The position numbers and the translations under genes are program-made. From positions 4,388-68,387 of the forward strand of contig JAGXOL010000002.1 of assembly GCA_023659895.1 (NCBI GenBank): a stretch of 64,000 nucleotides of DNA. Reading direction: 5' to 3'. This DNA is from Candidatus Aenigmarchaeota archaeon LH_S7. GTDB lineage: Archaea > Aenigmatarchaeota > Aenigmatarchaeia > QMZS01. Shown here in pieces: positions 55,508-64,000 of this stretch (position 1 is its first letter; each line of letters begins with the position of its first letter). The notes under the pieces were generated by a model. That model was not told the DNA's origin. It was given only the letters and a program-made list of their open reading frames with translations, and made no database searches.

Positions 55508-55763
55508 TTCGATTAATTCATTTCTTATTTTCGCTAACTCATTTGAGGAATACTCTGAAATCCTTTTTCCTTTTAATATAACTTTGCCTTCTGTGGGCTT
55601 ATCCAACCAAATGCATCAAGGTGGATTTACCAGAGCCACTAGGACCAAAGAAAAGAACAAATTCCCCTTTCTTTATCTTCATATTTACTTTATCTAAGGC
55701 ATACACTTTATTATCGCCTATTTCATAGATCTTGGAAACATTCTTCAGCTCAAAAAGACTCAT
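55502..55763 (-). pseudogene. Truncated, frameshifted ABC transporter ATP-binding gene remnant
   Basis: [54 protein letters not shown] is followed by a frame change to [30 protein letters not shown]. It ends before the Q-loop and signature motifs. Confidence 0.7.
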
Positions 55764-55816
55764 AATATTCGAAGACTAATAGAACTCTATTTAATTTTTT
55801 AAAACCTAATTATAAA

Positions 55817-56749
55817 ATGGCAACACCACATAGTCCTAGAAGGGGAAGTATTCAATTTTGGCCGAGAGTTAGAGCTAAAAGAATATACCCTAATATCTCA
55901 TTTTTTAAAGGGGATTCTCTGGGTGTAATCGCAGGTTACAAAGTAAGCATGGTTCAATATTCAGCTACTGAAACCCGTAGCAATGTGAATAAAGGAAAAG
56001 AGATTGTGGAGCCAGGTACTATTCTGGAGATACCTCCTTTGTACCTAATATCTCTGGTTTTTTACAAGAAAACTGCTTATGGAAAAAGGAAGATAACAGA
56101 GTATTTTAACATCAAAGATTTGCCAAAAGAGCTTAAGAAAGACTTGAAAAGAAAAACAAAATTTAAGAAAGAAGAATATGGTAAGATTCCTAAAGAATAT
56201 GATGAATTGAGGATTAAAGTTGCAACTTTTCCTAGAAAAATAAAATTGAAAAAAACACCTGAAATCCTTGAATTTGGTCTTTCCGAGTCTTTAGAAAAAA
56301 CCAAAGAACTTTTAGGTAAAGAAATTAGTCCAGAAAATTATTTTTCTGAGGGTGAGTATATTGATGTTACTTCAATCACAAAAGGAAAAGGTACTCAGGG
56401 CACAGTTAAAAGATTTGGAATAAAATTGAGAGGTCATAAAGCAAAAAAAGGTAGGAGAAGGGTTGGTTCTGTGGGAAGCAGGTCACCTGGAAAAATTGAT
56501 TGGCAGGTTCCAATGCCTGGACAAATGGGTTTTCAACAAAGAACAGAAAACAACAAAGTTATAATGAAAATTTCTGATAATTTAGATGAAATTAATCCTA
56601 AAAGAGGTTTTAAAAGGTATGGGAATGTAAATACAAAATACATTTTAATTAGTGGTTCTGTGCCAGGTCCAAAGAAAAGGTTAGTTGTGCTAAGAAAACC
56701 TAAGAAAGCTAGAAAGATGGTTCCTCAAATAAAGGAAATTTTGAAATAG
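55817..56749 (+). CDS. rpl3: 50S ribosomal protein L3 (uL3)
   Basis: It has PRRGS.QFWPR.RA and a GKGTQG..KR pattern. Confidence 0.93.
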   Translation: MATPHSPRRGSIQFWPRVRAKRIYPNISFFKGDSLGVIAGYKVSMVQYSATETRSNVNKGKEIVEPGTILEIPPLYLISLVFYKKTAYGKRKITEYFNIKDLPKELKKDLKRKTKFKKEEYGKIPKEYDELRIKVATFPRKIKLKKTPEILEFGLSESLEKTKELLGKEISPENYFSEGEYIDVTSITKGKGTQGTVKRFGIKLRGHKAKKGRRRVGSVGSRSPGKIDWQVPMPGQMGFQQRTENNKVIMKISDNLDEINPKRGFKRYGNVNTKYILISGSVPGPKKRLVVLRKPKKARKMVPQIKEILK

Positions 56750-56757
56750 TTATTAAA

Positions 56758-57015
56758 GATGTGCGAAATAAAATAATAAACTAATCAATTTTTCCAGGAA
56801 GCCTAATTTCGCACACTTACTTCACTAAAGAGATAATTTCCACCTTACTATTTTAGATTCTAAATCTGCTGAATTCCCTGAGACTTATTTTGTCGCAGAT
56901 AATACTGTCAATAGCAATTATCAATATTGCACTCAATGAAGCAAAAACAACAGATGTTTTTCTTATGATTCCTATAACCTTCTGCCAGCATTTATCCATA
57001 GATTTCATACACCCC
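56758..57015 (-). mobile_element. Internally deleted (MITE-like) derivative of the IS at 14768/42156
   Basis: It keeps the 3' terminal module and about 170 nt of the transposase 3' end. It then jumps to a degenerate left terminus, TTTCATACACCCC. Confidence 0.7.
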
Positions 57016-57052
57016 TATATATTTATTCAAATAAATATAGTATGAAATGCTA

Positions 57053-58372
57053 TTATTCAGCTAAAATCTCCCTACCAGCCAAAATACCTGTTGCCGCAGC
57101 ATTTATAATATCTCTTGATAAACCACACCCATCTCCTGCTGCATATAAATTCTTAACTGAAGTTTGCATATTTTTATCAACATTTAATTTTATTGCATAA
57201 AATTTTACTTCTGGGGCATAAAGCAGGGTTGAATCAGATGCAACTCCCGGAATAATTTTATCCAGGACTTCAAGACCATCCAAAATATCTTTTACAATTC
57301 TGTGAGGCATGGCCATTGAAATATCTCCTGGAGTTACCTCTTCCAGACTATTATTCACAGGATTTCGCTTTATTTTATCCCAGGTTGACCTCCTTCCTCT
57401 CCTCAAATCACCAAATCTTTGTATTAGTGGTTTTCCTCCTCCAATCGTGGTTGCAAGTTTTGCAATTGACTTTCCATATTTTGTTGTGTTTTCAAGTGGT
57501 TTGGTTAACTTAATACTAACCAAAAATGCAAAGTTTGTATTCTCTGATTTTGTTTTTCTAAGAGAATGCCCATTTACAGTCACAAAACTATCCTGCTCTT
57601 CTTTAACAACAAATCCATGCTCATTAGTACAAAATGTCCTGATAAAATCATCATAAATTTTTGTGTAAATATGAAATTTAGGGTCTCTGTTTATTTCTGT
57701 TATAGAATTTGTAACTATTGCGGGAACTTCTATTCTCACTCCAATATCAATCTCCCCATAAAAAAATTCAATTTTGTGTTTTTCAACCAAATTATTTATA
57801 AACTCTGCACCAACTCTCCCGGGAGCCAACAAAATTTTTCCTGCTCTTATTTCTTTCCCATTTTTTAGAATCACTCCATTACAACAGTTATTTTCAATAA
57901 TCAAACCAGAGACCTCGGAATTCAACAGAAATTCTACACCCCTTTTTTCAAGGTTTGATTTAAAATTTTTTATAATTTCCGGAGAATTATCAGAGCCTAT
58001 ATGTCTCTGCCTTGTTTCAACAAATTTTGCTCCATAAGATAAAGCTACTCTCTTTAGTTTTTCTATCTTTGTAGGATCATAATATTGTAAATCTTTTGGA
58101 ACCCCATATTTAAGAAAAATTTTATCAACTTGGTTAACTAAATTCCATGCTTCTATTCTGTTTGTAAAATCCATAAGATTTCCACCTATTTCCGGATTTA
58201 AATTTAAGGTTCCGTCAGAGAAAGTTCCTGCGCCTCCAACACCATATAATATACTTGTTCTTTTATCCACATCCTTGCCCTTATCAACAATTATTACCTC
58301 TTTTTTACCTGCCAATTCATTTGCTGCAAATAGACCAGCAGGTCCTGCCCCTATTATTAAAACATCTTTCAT
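57053..58372 (-). CDS. FAD-dependent oxidoreductase (COG2509-like)
   Basis: It has an N-terminal GAGPAGLFAA dinucleotide fold and a C-terminal AAGDG motif. Confidence 0.8.
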   Translation of the reverse strand: MKDVLIIGAGPAGLFAANELAGKKEVIIVDKGKDVDKRTSILYGVGGAGTFSDGTLNLNPEIGGNLMDFTNRIEAWNLVNQVDKIFLKYGVPKDLQYYDPTKIEKLKRVALSYGAKFVETRQRHIGSDNSPEIIKNFKSNLEKRGVEFLLNSEVSGLIIENNCCNGVILKNGKEIRAGKILLAPGRVGAEFINNLVEKHKIEFFYGEIDIGVRIEVPAIVTNSITEINRDPKFHIYTKIYDDFIRTFCTNEHGFVVKEEQDSFVTVNGHSLRKTKSENTNFAFLVSIKLTKPLENTTKYGKSIAKLATTIGGGKPLIQRFGDLRRGRRSTWDKIKRNPVNNSLEEVTPGDISMAMPHRIVKDILDGLEVLDKIIPGVASDSTLLYAPEVKFYAIKLNVDKNMQTSVKNLYAAGDGCGLSRDIINAAATGILAGREILAE

Positions 58373-58642
58373 AATATTCTTTTTAGGTAAATTAACTTAA
58401 ATTCTTCTTACTCTTGAAAACCTATTTTTGTCTGTGGTTTTCTGTAATTTTCCCTGAAAACTTCTTGGAGTCAGAAATTCTCCAAAAAATTCCCCTCTCT
58501 TTCCAAAAATCATACAAAATATCTTTATTCCTTTATCTTCAAGGAGAATTTTGTTCCCTCCTATTTCTTTTATCTCCTCCATAAAAAGTTAGCGAAGTCA
58601 TAATTACCAAGACTATTATTAAGATTAAATATAATACCTAAA

Positions 58643-58713
58643 GGTGTACGAAATAAAATAATAAACTAATCAATTCTCTCCAGAAAGCTTAATTTCTACC
58701 TTATTATTTTAGA
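58643..58713 (-). mobile_element. Solo degenerate terminal remnant of the same IS family
   Basis: GGTGTACGAAATAAAATAATAAACTAATCAATTCTCTCCAGAAAGCTTAATTTC..CTTATTATTTTAGA aligns to the IS 3' end, with an internal deletion. Confidence 0.55.
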
Positions 58714-59069
58714 ACATTTATTTGACTCTTAAGCATTATCTCTTCTTGCTGGAAAGATTCAATAATTTTTTTATAAGTAGATTCACTTATCTTTCTATTA
58801 TAATAAGCCTTTTCTGCTTCTTTTATACTACTTTTAATAGCTTTTAATCTTAACTCAGATTCTTTTAATTTTTCATCAGGCTTTAGTCTCATTTTTGACG
58901 TGTATAATATATAATAAGAAGTGGTGACTAAATTGGTAGCCATTAAGATAAGAATCAAATTATACACTATATTCTCAAAATTTGAGAATTTAAAAAGTAT
59001 AATAGCTACAGAAGCTACGAGAAGAGAAACTAAAACCCCCCAAACAAAATCTTGAGTAATACCTTTCAT
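58704..59069 (-). CDS. Hypothetical membrane protein with C-terminal coiled coil
   Basis: This is a 121-aa ORF with two TM helices followed by a K/E-rich helix. Confidence 0.45.
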   Translation of the reverse strand: MKGITQDFVWGVLVSLLVASVAIILFKFSNFENIVYNLILILMATNLVTTSYYILYTSKMRLKPDEKLKESELRLKAIKSSIKEAEKAYYNRKISESTYKKIIESFQQEEIMLKSQINVLK

Positions 59070-59124
59070 AATTTAAGCCTTTTAATAGTTTTTATAATTA
59101 TTAAAATTTTATCCAATTAATTAA

Positions 59125-59538
59125 ATGAAGAAGGAATTCAGTAAAAATTGGGTTTCAAGCAAACAGCCAAGGAAACAAAGAAAGTACAGATATAACGCTC
59201 CTTTGCATATAAGACAAAATTTTGTTAGTACTAATTTTAACAAAGAATTAAGAAAAAAATATAACAAAAGAAGTTTTCCTTTGAGAGCAGGAGATTCTGT
59301 AAAAGTGATGAGAGGAGGTTTTAAAGGCAAAACAGGAAAAATCTCTAAAGTTGATTTAAAAGATATAAAAGTTTATATAGAAGGTTTGAAAAGAAAAAAA
59401 TCTGATGGTAAGGAAGTTCAAGTTCCATTTAAACCTTCAAATTTACAGATAATTTCTGTAAATATAGAAGATAAGAAAAGAGCAAAGATTGCTGACAAGA
59501 AAATTTCTAAGAATCCAAAATCAACAAAGAACCAATAA
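59125..59538 (+). CDS. rpl24: 50S ribosomal protein L24 (uL24, KOW)
   Basis: It has KQPRKQRK..APLH and the KOW motif GDSVKVMRGGFKGKTGKI. Confidence 0.9.
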   Translation: MKKEFSKNWVSSKQPRKQRKYRYNAPLHIRQNFVSTNFNKELRKKYNKRSFPLRAGDSVKVMRGGFKGKTGKISKVDLKDIKVYIEGLKRKKSDGKEVQVPFKPSNLQIISVNIEDKKRAKIADKKISKNPKSTKNQ

Positions 59539-59576
59539 ACTTGAATTTCAAAAAAATTTTTAAAAAGAAAATAATA

Positions 59577-59691
<115 letters not shown>

Positions 59692-60153
59692 TAATTATAT
59701 TTAGATTTAAATTTTAAATTTCTATTATAGATATAATATTTATACTATCACAAATTGGTTTATTGTCATTATTTCATCCTTACATATAATCGTATTATAT
59801 TGGATACTTCCCTCAATAATCGCATCAATAAAAAAGTATTATGCTATCAAGTCTTATTATAAACATAATCTTAAGTTTAAAGTGCTTTGTTAATGGGATT
59901 AGGAGCTAATATTCTTCCTTCATTAATGGGAACTTATTATAAACAAATTTCTCAATGGATTCCTCTCTCTTATTTAAGGTTTGGTCCTTTAACATTAATA
60001 TCAGTAATTGTAGGTTTAATAATCTGGATACGCTTGGAATGTTCATAATGTCTGATTTGGAAATGGAAGACAGGATAAAGATTGGTGAGACAGTTTTGTA
60101 ATAACACAATTGGTGATAATCTTAAATTTTTTTTATTTTTGGAACTTGCTAAT

Positions 60154-60894
60154 TTAATTTTTAAATTTTTTTACTTCCTTTATAATTTCAACCATTTTGT
60201 TGTGATTTCCCTCATTTATTGTACCTGTAACAACAATATCGGCTCCTGCATCCAATTTTTCCCTCAAAACATTTTTGTCTTTTATACCACCACCAACAAT
60301 AATAGGTATATTAACATTTTCCTTGACTTTAGATATTGTTTCATTTGAAACAGATTTTTTTGCTCCACTACCTGCCTCTAAATAAATATTTTTCATCCCT
60401 AAATACTGAGCTGTCAAGGCATAAGCAACTGCAAACTCTGGTTTGTCTGCTGGTAAAAGTTTTGCATCTGAAACGAACTGTGAGGCGCAGGTGTTACCTG
60501 ATTCAAATATTAAGTATCCCATTGGTATGGTTTCAATGTTGTAAGCTTTGATTAAAGGAGCCCCCTTAACTTGTTCATCAATCAAATAATTCGTGTTTCT
60601 TGAGTTAAGCAAGGACATGAAAAATATAGCATCAGCATGTTTTGAAATTACTGCATGTGATGAAGGAAATAAAATTACAGGTTTTTTTGATGTTTCTTTA
60701 ATTTTCTTGATAACTTCATCTAACTGTAAAACAACTGTGGGACTTGAGCCTCCTATCATGAATGCATCAGTCCCAGCTTTATCAGCTTCCTTTGCTAAAT
60801 CCACAGCCTCTTCAACTTTTTGTTTGTCAGGGTCAATCAGAGTCAGGTGGAGTTTCTCTTTTTGCAACTTTTTTGTTAACTCATTGTATATCAT
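60154..60894 (-). CDS. Geranylgeranylglyceryl phosphate synthase (PcrB/GGGPS family)
   Basis: It has LTLIDPDK, AFMIGGS and VGGGIKD patterns. Confidence 0.9.
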   Translation of the reverse strand: MIYNELTKKLQKEKLHLTLIDPDKQKVEEAVDLAKEADKAGTDAFMIGGSSPTVVLQLDEVIKKIKETSKKPVILFPSSHAVISKHADAIFFMSLLNSRNTNYLIDEQVKGAPLIKAYNIETIPMGYLIFESGNTCASQFVSDAKLLPADKPEFAVAYALTAQYLGMKNIYLEAGSGAKKSVSNETISKVKENVNIPIIVGGGIKDKNVLREKLDAGADIVVTGTINEGNHNKMVEIIKEVKKFKN

Positions 60895-60954
60895 AACTTT
60901 ATCTGAATTTTTTTAAAATAATCACCATTGTCTTAAACTTTAATTATTTTATTT

Positions 60955-61770
60955 ATGAGATCTTACTTAGAACTCATAAGACCTAATATTGGTTTATTAT
61001 CTGTATTTGGGTTAATAGCAGGACTTTTGATTGTGAAAGTTCCTTTAAGCTTGTGGATTCTACCAACAATCTCTATTTTCTTTATAACCTCATCAGGAAA
61101 CATTATCAATGATTACTTTGATTTACCAATAGATAAAATTAATAAACCAAAAAGGCCTCTTCCTGAGGGGAGAGTAACCATAAAAGAAACACTTGTTCTA
61201 TTCATGGTTTCCACTTTATTAAGTCTATTGAGTGGTTTCTTTGTGTCTTTCAATTTTTTCCTTCTTGCTATTTTAAATACTATCTTAATTTTCCTTTATT
61301 CCTGGAAATTTAAGAAAGCAATAATAGGTAATTCCATTGACAGTTGGCTTGCCTGTTCTGTTTTCATAGCACCTGTTCTTGTTTTGAATGGTCTTGAAAT
61401 GCTTTTAAGTTCTCCAGTAATAATACTTGCAATAATTGCTTTTTTTGGTAACTATGGAAGAGAAATTCTAAAAGATGTTGAAGACATAAAGGGGGACAAG
61501 ATGAATGGAGCGGAGACATTACCAATTGTGTTTGGACACATAAAAGCAATAATCTTGGGGAAATTTTTAATCTTTATCACCTCTCTTTTGCTTTTCCTAC
61601 CTTATATCGTGGGTTACTTTTCTGAACTTTATTTAGTTTTAGCATTTTTCTGTTTCTTATTTGGGGTTTATATTCTAAGCATTGAGAAAATTAAAAAAGT
61701 TCAAAAGATGATAAAGGTCTTGATGTTCCTTGTGATTTTGTCTTTCTTAATTGCAGTTTTCTCTAGTTAA
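60955..61770 (+). CDS. UbiA-family prenyltransferase, probable digeranylgeranylglyceryl phosphate synthase
   Basis: It has NDYFDLPIDKINKPKRPLPEG, a second Asp-rich motif KDVEDIKGD and 8-9 TM helices. It sits next to GGGPS. Confidence 0.85.
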   Translation: MRSYLELIRPNIGLLSVFGLIAGLLIVKVPLSLWILPTISIFFITSSGNIINDYFDLPIDKINKPKRPLPEGRVTIKETLVLFMVSTLLSLLSGFFVSFNFFLLAILNTILIFLYSWKFKKAIIGNSIDSWLACSVFIAPVLVLNGLEMLLSSPVIILAIIAFFGNYGREILKDVEDIKGDKMNGAETLPIVFGHIKAIILGKFLIFITSLLLFLPYIVGYFSELYLVLAFFCFLFGVYILSIEKIKKVQKMIKVLMFLVILSFLIAVFSS

Positions 61771-63450
61771 TCATTCAACTAAAACTAGTTCCACGAAACG
61801 GGCAAAAGCAGGTCTAGCAAGCAAAACTCCTGCAAGGACTCCAATAATCACTGTTACAGCAAATCCTCCAATCTCTCTATAAGCAGTGAATCCTGCCCAC
61901 AAGATAGGAAGCATAGCAAAAATTGTTGTTGCTCCCGCACCAAAAATCATGAAGAAAGCTCTTTTTAAACCTTCCTTTAAAGAATATTTCTGGGTTTTCT
62001 TGCTTGTTTCATCAATAATCAAAATCTGGTCATCAACACCAAAACCTATTGCTGCTACAATACCTGCTAAAGCCAAGGTTGAAAGATTCCATTGAGTTGC
62101 TGCAGCAAAACCTAAGATAAGTATAACCTCTGAGAACATTGTTAGAATCACACCCAAAGAAATTTTCAAGTTCCTATATCTAACAAAAACCGTACTACTA
62201 ATAAGGAAAATTGCTATGACCCCTGCTATAGCAATCACATAAAGATAGTTTTCACCTAATGTTGGATTTAACCTGTCAAGGGAAACAACTTCCAATTCTA
62301 CAGGTATATCACCTGATTGCAAGAGTGCTTTCAAACGGCCCCTATTTTTCTTTGCCTCTTCTTCTGTTTCACCATATCCTGTAATCACTGGATTGGTAAC
62401 TTCTTTTCCACGCAAGTTTCCAGAAATACTCAAAGCATCAAGTTCTTTTTCATCAATATAAAAATGTATTTTGGATGAAAGGTAAGATCCTCCTTTGGAA
62501 AAGGTCTTCCCCAAATTTTGAGTTAGCCCAGCAAACCTCTTTGAACCCTCTTTGGAAATTATAACACCAAACTGAAACTTGTAACCTCCCTGGGTTCTTC
62601 CCAAAAAGTTGCTTTCTGGGGGCATTCCTACTTGTTTAACATCACTGCTCTCAAAAACCAAAGCACTCAAAACAACTTTGCTTGAAGTCAGATTTTTAAC
62701 CTCAAATTCTACATCTTTTAATTCAAACTTGCTTCCTTCAGTATAATTCTCACCATTTATCTTAACAGTATTGTTTAGTAGATCTACACTAAATTCTTCA
62801 TTTTCATCCTCAAGATATTTTCCCAGTTCAAAAGAATCACCCTCCTCTAAATTTAATGGGATTCTGGCTTCAAAGGTTCCTTTCCTTGAAAGTAGATCTC
62901 TTATTTCTTTTTCGTTTCCCCCTGCAATCGAAACCATTATCAATTCTTCCTGCCCTACTTCCATTTTCCTGAATTCAGCTTGTCTCAAACCGTAAATATT
63001 TATTCTCGTATCTAAAATGCTAATGATTTCCTCAGTGGTTGTGTTTGTTGTATTTTTCGGTTTTAGTAAAGCTCTTATCCCTCCCTCTATATCCAAACCG
63101 AATTTCAAGTTTGTTCTAGCCACTTGTTCAACAGAAAGGTTAAGCACAGAATCATTTTCTAATTTAACAGTCTTTTTTCCCTCATTTGTGTTCAAAATTA
63201 AATAACCTCTATTATCCTGATATTTTAAAATATCCTTTAATCTATAAACATCTGATTGCTCTTGACCAACCATTCCCACAGAATAAATAATTGTTCCTGG
63301 TTCTAAATTATCTTCAAGAGCTCCTCCACCAACATAAGTAACTTTTAAACCGCTTTTACTTAAGGAAGGACTTATAAAAATTACAGATATAATTATAAAG
63401 GTAACTAATAATAAAAATTGCCAACTAACTAATAATTCTTTGGACTCCAT
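61771..63450 (-). CDS. secD: Protein-export membrane protein SecD
   Basis: It has an N-terminal TM, a periplasmic domain with FGLDIEGGIRA (the LGLDLxGG motif) and a C-terminal 6-TM RND-like module with GFGVDDQILI. Confidence 0.8.
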   Translation of the reverse strand: MESKELLVSWQFLLLVTFIIISVIFISPSLSKSGLKVTYVGGGALEDNLEPGTIIYSVGMVGQEQSDVYRLKDILKYQDNRGYLILNTNEGKKTVKLENDSVLNLSVEQVARTNLKFGLDIEGGIRALLKPKNTTNTTTEEIISILDTRINIYGLRQAEFRKMEVGQEELIMVSIAGGNEKEIRDLLSRKGTFEARIPLNLEEGDSFELGKYLEDENEEFSVDLLNNTVKINGENYTEGSKFELKDVEFEVKNLTSSKVVLSALVFESSDVKQVGMPPESNFLGRTQGGYKFQFGVIISKEGSKRFAGLTQNLGKTFSKGGSYLSSKIHFYIDEKELDALSISGNLRGKEVTNPVITGYGETEEEAKKNRGRLKALLQSGDIPVELEVVSLDRLNPTLGENYLYVIAIAGVIAIFLISSTVFVRYRNLKISLGVILTMFSEVILILGFAAATQWNLSTLALAGIVAAIGFGVDDQILIIDETSKKTQKYSLKEGLKRAFFMIFGAGATTIFAMLPILWAGFTAYREIGGFAVTVIIGVLAGVLLARPAFARFVELVLVE

Positions 63451-63530
63451 AATTTTGTAAACAAAAAATACTTAATTTAACGAGTAAATAGTCAAAAAAA
63501 ATAATTTATATTTTTAAATAAATATAATAT

Positions 63531-64000
63531 ATGGTTGTAGAACAAACTGTAAAAAGAGAAATTCTTGAAGCTCTTAAAGGGATTGGATTGAACCTCTATG
63601 AGAGGAATATCTATGCAGCAATACTCATAAAGAAAGTTGCCACAGCAAGTGAATTATTTGAACTTTCAAATGTACCAAGAGCAAGGGTTTATGATGTTTT
63701 GGAGTCCTTGGAACAAAAAGGTTTCGTGGTAATCCAACATGGAAGTCCTTTTAGGTATGTGGCTGTAGAACCTAAGGAAGCTTTTGAAAACTTGAAGACA
63801 AAAATAATGAAGACTGCTGAAAACACAAGTAAGAGATTGGATGAGTTAAAAAGTAGCAGAATAATGAAGGATATGACAGAGATTTACAAAAAAGATTTAA
63901 AATTGGTTTCACCTGAAAGTTTTAGTGGAGTAATAAAATCTTCAGATAAAATAAGAATGCATGTAAGATCTCTACTAGGAAAAACAAGTACTTACACAAA
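63531..64000 (+). CDS. TrmB-family transcriptional regulator (3' end beyond window)
   Basis: The frame is open from the ATG at 63531 to the window edge. It has the winged HTH LGLNLYERNIYAAIL..ATASELFELSNVPRARVYDVLESLEQKGFV. Confidence 0.75.
   Translation, partial: MVVEQTVKREILEALKGIGLNLYERNIYAAILIKKVATASELFELSNVPRARVYDVLESLEQKGFVVIQHGSPFRYVAVEPKEAFENLKTKIMKTAENTSKRLDELKSSRIMKDMTEIYKKDLKLVSPESFSGVIKSSDKIRMHVRSLLGKTSTYT

Noticed and set aside
59700-60153. AT-rich 450-nt spacer after the 5S rRNA, with ORF 59906-60109 (-) and a 52-aa membrane-like frame at 59894-60052 (+)
   Set aside because: The ORFs overlap on opposite strands and neither has supporting motifs. The region may be a remnant of a permease gene, but that cannot be shown from sequence alone.

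Overview
This is an AT-rich archaeal chromosome segment. Its gene content and scrambled operon layout fit a DPANN-type (Nano-/Woese-/Pacearchaeota-like) genome. Most of the window is housekeeping. It holds DNA ligase, an RFC small subunit, a Hef-type helicase, aCPSF1, a proteasome beta subunit, aRF1, aIF1A, ABCE1, a thermosome subunit, exosome Rrp4/Rrp41, NAC, adenylate kinase and RNase P proteins Rpp30/Pop5. It also holds RpoD, scattered ribosomal protein genes (S15, L37Ae, L44e, S10, L15e, L3, L24), an orphan 5S rRNA, ether-lipid genes (GGGPS, DGGGPS), SecD and a P-type ATPase. Four things stand out. (1) Three tRNA genes (Ala, Arg, Asn) carry one, two and three introns, including long T-loop (59/60) introns. 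Two of these introns and an orphan tRNA-like locus share a hairpin module, which is tandemly amplified in tRNA-Arg. (2) An accessory island at about 13.3-18.8 kb holds an overlapping NERD-HEPN gene pair and an IS4/IS5-type element. It also holds a NucS/DUF91-like nuclease with a zinc ribbon, bracketed by roughly 75-bp inverted repeats, and a divergent PD-(D/E)xK-like gene. A recurring motif sits just 3' of these genes. (3) One IS family is present as two full copies, one carrying an in-frame 48-bp double-hairpin insert. There is also an internally deleted MITE-like copy next to rpl3 and a solo end remnant. (4) Several reading frames are broken at homopolymer A runs (purF, rfc, a small ORF), and rfc also has an in-frame TAG. 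A type IV pilus-like system is split over two loci (23.5-26.9 kb and 49.1-53.0 kb). All protein calls rest on motif recognition by eye in the supplied translations. No database search was run.
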